Source: Geosiphon pyriformis uo1
Taxonomy: Eukaryota; Fungi; Glomeromycota
DNA: 64,000 bases
Reading direction: 5' to 3'
Assembly: GCA_016748015.1 (NCBI GenBank)
Contig: JAAOMT010000590.1
Location: 739,912 to 803,911, forward strand
The notes beneath the pieces were generated by a model. It did no database searches. It was not told the origin of the DNA and was given only the letters and a program-made list of their open reading frames with translations. Below, in pieces: positions 61,121 through 64,000 of the stretch. Numbering within the stretch: the stretch's first letter is position 1; every line of letters begins with the position of its first letter. Made by a program: the position numbers and the translations under genes.

Positions 61121-64000
61121 ATGAATAATTTCAACGAATTAAATGAGAGTCAAATCTTGCAAATGCGCGAAGAGGCCTTCAAGCAGGTCAATTTTCTTAG
61201 TTAATATAGTTTTGGTCGATGTCCTGGTTGGGCGCAGACTAATAGTATAATCAAAATTTATACAGCTGAGGCCCTTATGCGGATTGCTAACTAAAGCCAG
61301 CCCTTTAAATTATTTCAATACAATAGAAACTGTAAATATTTTAGATAGCCTCATAGATATACTTCAAAATCTCCCTGATCTACGTCGGGTCCTTTTTCCT
61401 GATCTGATTGCTTATATATTCTATCCTTTACGAGAATTATACAGCAACGCGGAACTATCCAAGAGTGATAAGTTCAAGGAAAAATTTTCAAAATGCCTTT
61501 TGATGCTTTTGGAAGCCGGATGGGCAGAGCACATGTCCCCAAATTGCTTTAAGGAGCTATTTATATTATTTGCCAGGATTATACCCGAATCAGAATCTAG
61601 TAGTGTGACCGAGCAAACTAGCTCAAAAGTCATTTCCACAATTTTATCAGAAGAAACCAAAGTTGTCGTGATAGCCTGTATATTAGCCTTATTGCGTGGG
61701 ACGGAAGTTGAAGAGCAATATAATGATTCAAAATTCAGACCAGAGCTGATTAAAGAGCTTAGACAACCAGCATTGCTTCCTATTGTTGGGATATTTATAT
61801 CAGCCCTTGTGCATGTTGTCTACACGGAGCATTTATTAGAATTACGATTATTGGCACTTGAGACTTTGAAAGTCTTAATTTGTAGCATTAAATATGAAGA
61901 TTTTCTGGCTTTATGTTTGCCACGAGTTATGAGCATCTTGGGCAAAACGCTGCTTCGAGATCAGAAAGAAAATCATCGGCTTCTTATTAAGACGCTTGAA
62001 GCTTTGGAAGAAATTATAATTGCAGCGATGAACGATGATTCAAATTTGAGCTTAATACCTCGGATTTCGAATTTAAGCGAAATACAAGTTGACTTACCAT
62101 TTGGCAATGATAGTCATCAGTTTAATAGGTTAATTCAACCCCAAAGCTCCCTATCAGTCCAATACGGGATAAATCGCACCAAGTCATGGTTAAAAGCAAC
62201 AAAGTCGCAAATTAAAATCTCTCTAAGTCAGATCTTCACGATAAGAAATCATCCTTTATGGGCAGTGCGCCTGGCATTTGCGAAATTTTCACATGCTATC
62301 TTAATTCGGTGCTCAAAAACTTTGGATAACTCTGCTTCAATATTAATTGAAACTTTAGTGCTTAATTTGAGTGACGAATACGAAGCCGTGTCGACTCCAT
62401 GTAGACAATATTTGCTTTCTTTAAGAAACCATGATACTTTCCAAGAAAATTTGAAGCCTATTCTCAAAGAAAGTTTCAACAATTGGCTAACTTCCTTACC
62501 CCGATACATTATGTCCATGGATGAAAATGGAAAATTTAATGCGATAATGCTGTTATCAGGATTCATTTTACTTTTGGGGTCAGAAATACAGACTGTACTC
62601 AATTTATCATTGCAACAGGTCTCTCATGGATTAATCAAAGCATTAGAGTTTAATATGATGGATATTCAGGTCACAGAAAATAGAATTTTTGTCGGACAAT
62701 ACGATTCACTTTTCGAAGAAAGGAAAGGTTTGGATCAAAGAGGTGTTGGAATAAGTTCAGAACACGAGCTTCCTTCATTTCTTTCTCATCAATTTAAATA
62801 TATTCGAGAAAAACGTGCAACATCCGCTATACGCATTCTTTTCCGTCTGTTGGGCTATTTCGGCAATGTAGGCTTTATGATTGATCATTTCTTATCCTAT
62901 TTACACAATTTACAAAGTTATCGGCTTCATCCCACATGTATATTTATCACGAATGAGTTGATATTGGGTGCTGCAAGTATCGGAGTTAAAGCAAGCTCAA
63001 TTACTGAAGGTTTTTGCGATATCAGTCCCTCCAATTCCCTTTCAGATTTGAGGAAAATCGCAAAAAATTTATTAAGAGAATATATTGAATCAAATCTTAT
63101 AAAAGAATATGAAAACAAAATATCTTTTGAATCATCATCTATTGTCAAGTACAAAGATATTGAAAAGATAACGTCGAGTTCAAAGCAGCTAAATGGGAAC
63201 AGCAGTCTTAACTACAATCCTATTCTCAATTGCATCATTTTGGAAGGGGTAGCAAATATATCACGCGTATTGCAAGAAAATTTCAAAATTGACTTGATAT
63301 ATGCTCTTTATCCAATATTAGAGAAATTAGGGGAAAAAAATAATATGGTTCACGAAACAGCTCAAATTGTTTTGATTCATATAGCTCATTGGTGTGGCTA
63401 TTCCTCTTCAAAGTCCTTGGTTTTGGAAAACGTTGATTATCTTATAAATGCTGTATCTCGAAAGTTGAGACAAATTCATTTATATCCGAAGGCACCTCAG
63501 GTTCTTAGCGCAATGGTTAACGTTGCTGGTTCTTCAATATTGACATTTCTAGATGATTCTTTGGAAGAAATATTTGATGCTATAGATCAATATCATACGG
63601 AGTTAGAAGTGTTGTTTCAAATGGCAAATGTTCTCTACACCATAGTCACTGCGATTAGCAGACCAAAAAAGGAGGAAACCAAAAAATTCGAGAAAAACTC
63701 AGAAAGGGAACCTCCAAAAGTCCTGGAATCTGGGTTATCTAAAGATATACAAGATTTTATTGTTGGATATTCTCCTATGAACCCATCAGATTCAAAGGAA
63801 GACAACCAAGAAAAAACAAATTTTGAAGATGTTGGCAAATATTTTGTTGAATACCACAAAAACAAGGAAAAAGAAGAACTAAATGAGCAAGGAATCATTG
63901 AAGCTGAGCGAGAGAAACCTGAAATCAAACCTTCTCAACCACAATTGACCTGTCTTAACTGTATTAATAAAGTAATGCATTCTCTGACTGTCTCTTCCCC
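61121..64000 (+). CDS. TTI1: TEL2-interacting protein 1 (TTT complex), 3'-partial
   Basis: EEAFKQ-LRPLC; LIAYIFYPL; HPLWAVRLA; LIYALYPILEKLG; LVLENVDYLINAVSRKL. One long exon from 61266 runs off the window, so it is absent from the ORF track. Confidence 0.88.

Overview
AT-rich, intron-dense eukaryotic DNA from an early-diverging fungus. The gene set and the LINE family resemble Glomeromycota/Mucoromycota (possibly Geosiphon-like); this is inference. Eleven spliced genes are supported: XMAP215/Stu2, a bifunctional chorismate mutase-prephenate dehydratase, PITHD1, EMC2, API5, EndoU, glycerol-3-phosphate acyltransferase, a YTHDF-type m6A reader, UBP6/USP14, MIC19 and a partial TTI1. They sit between two transposon nests (1-13.9 kb and 48.5-57.2 kb), each built on a full-length but inactivated APE-RT-RNase H LINE of the same family. 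The main unexplained pattern is five solo-LTR-like elements from three families (TGTTA...TAACA ends, 4-bp target duplications on the four complete ones) inserted in or beside the 3' part of the two LINEs. Their target sites are all compatible with an ancestral N-CG-N. At both LINEs, two same-family copies face each other across 0.5-0.6 kb. The repeats also show heavy C>T/G>A decay beyond CpG, which stops sharply next to the UBP6 promoter. Coordinates were read by eye; exon limits are approximate.
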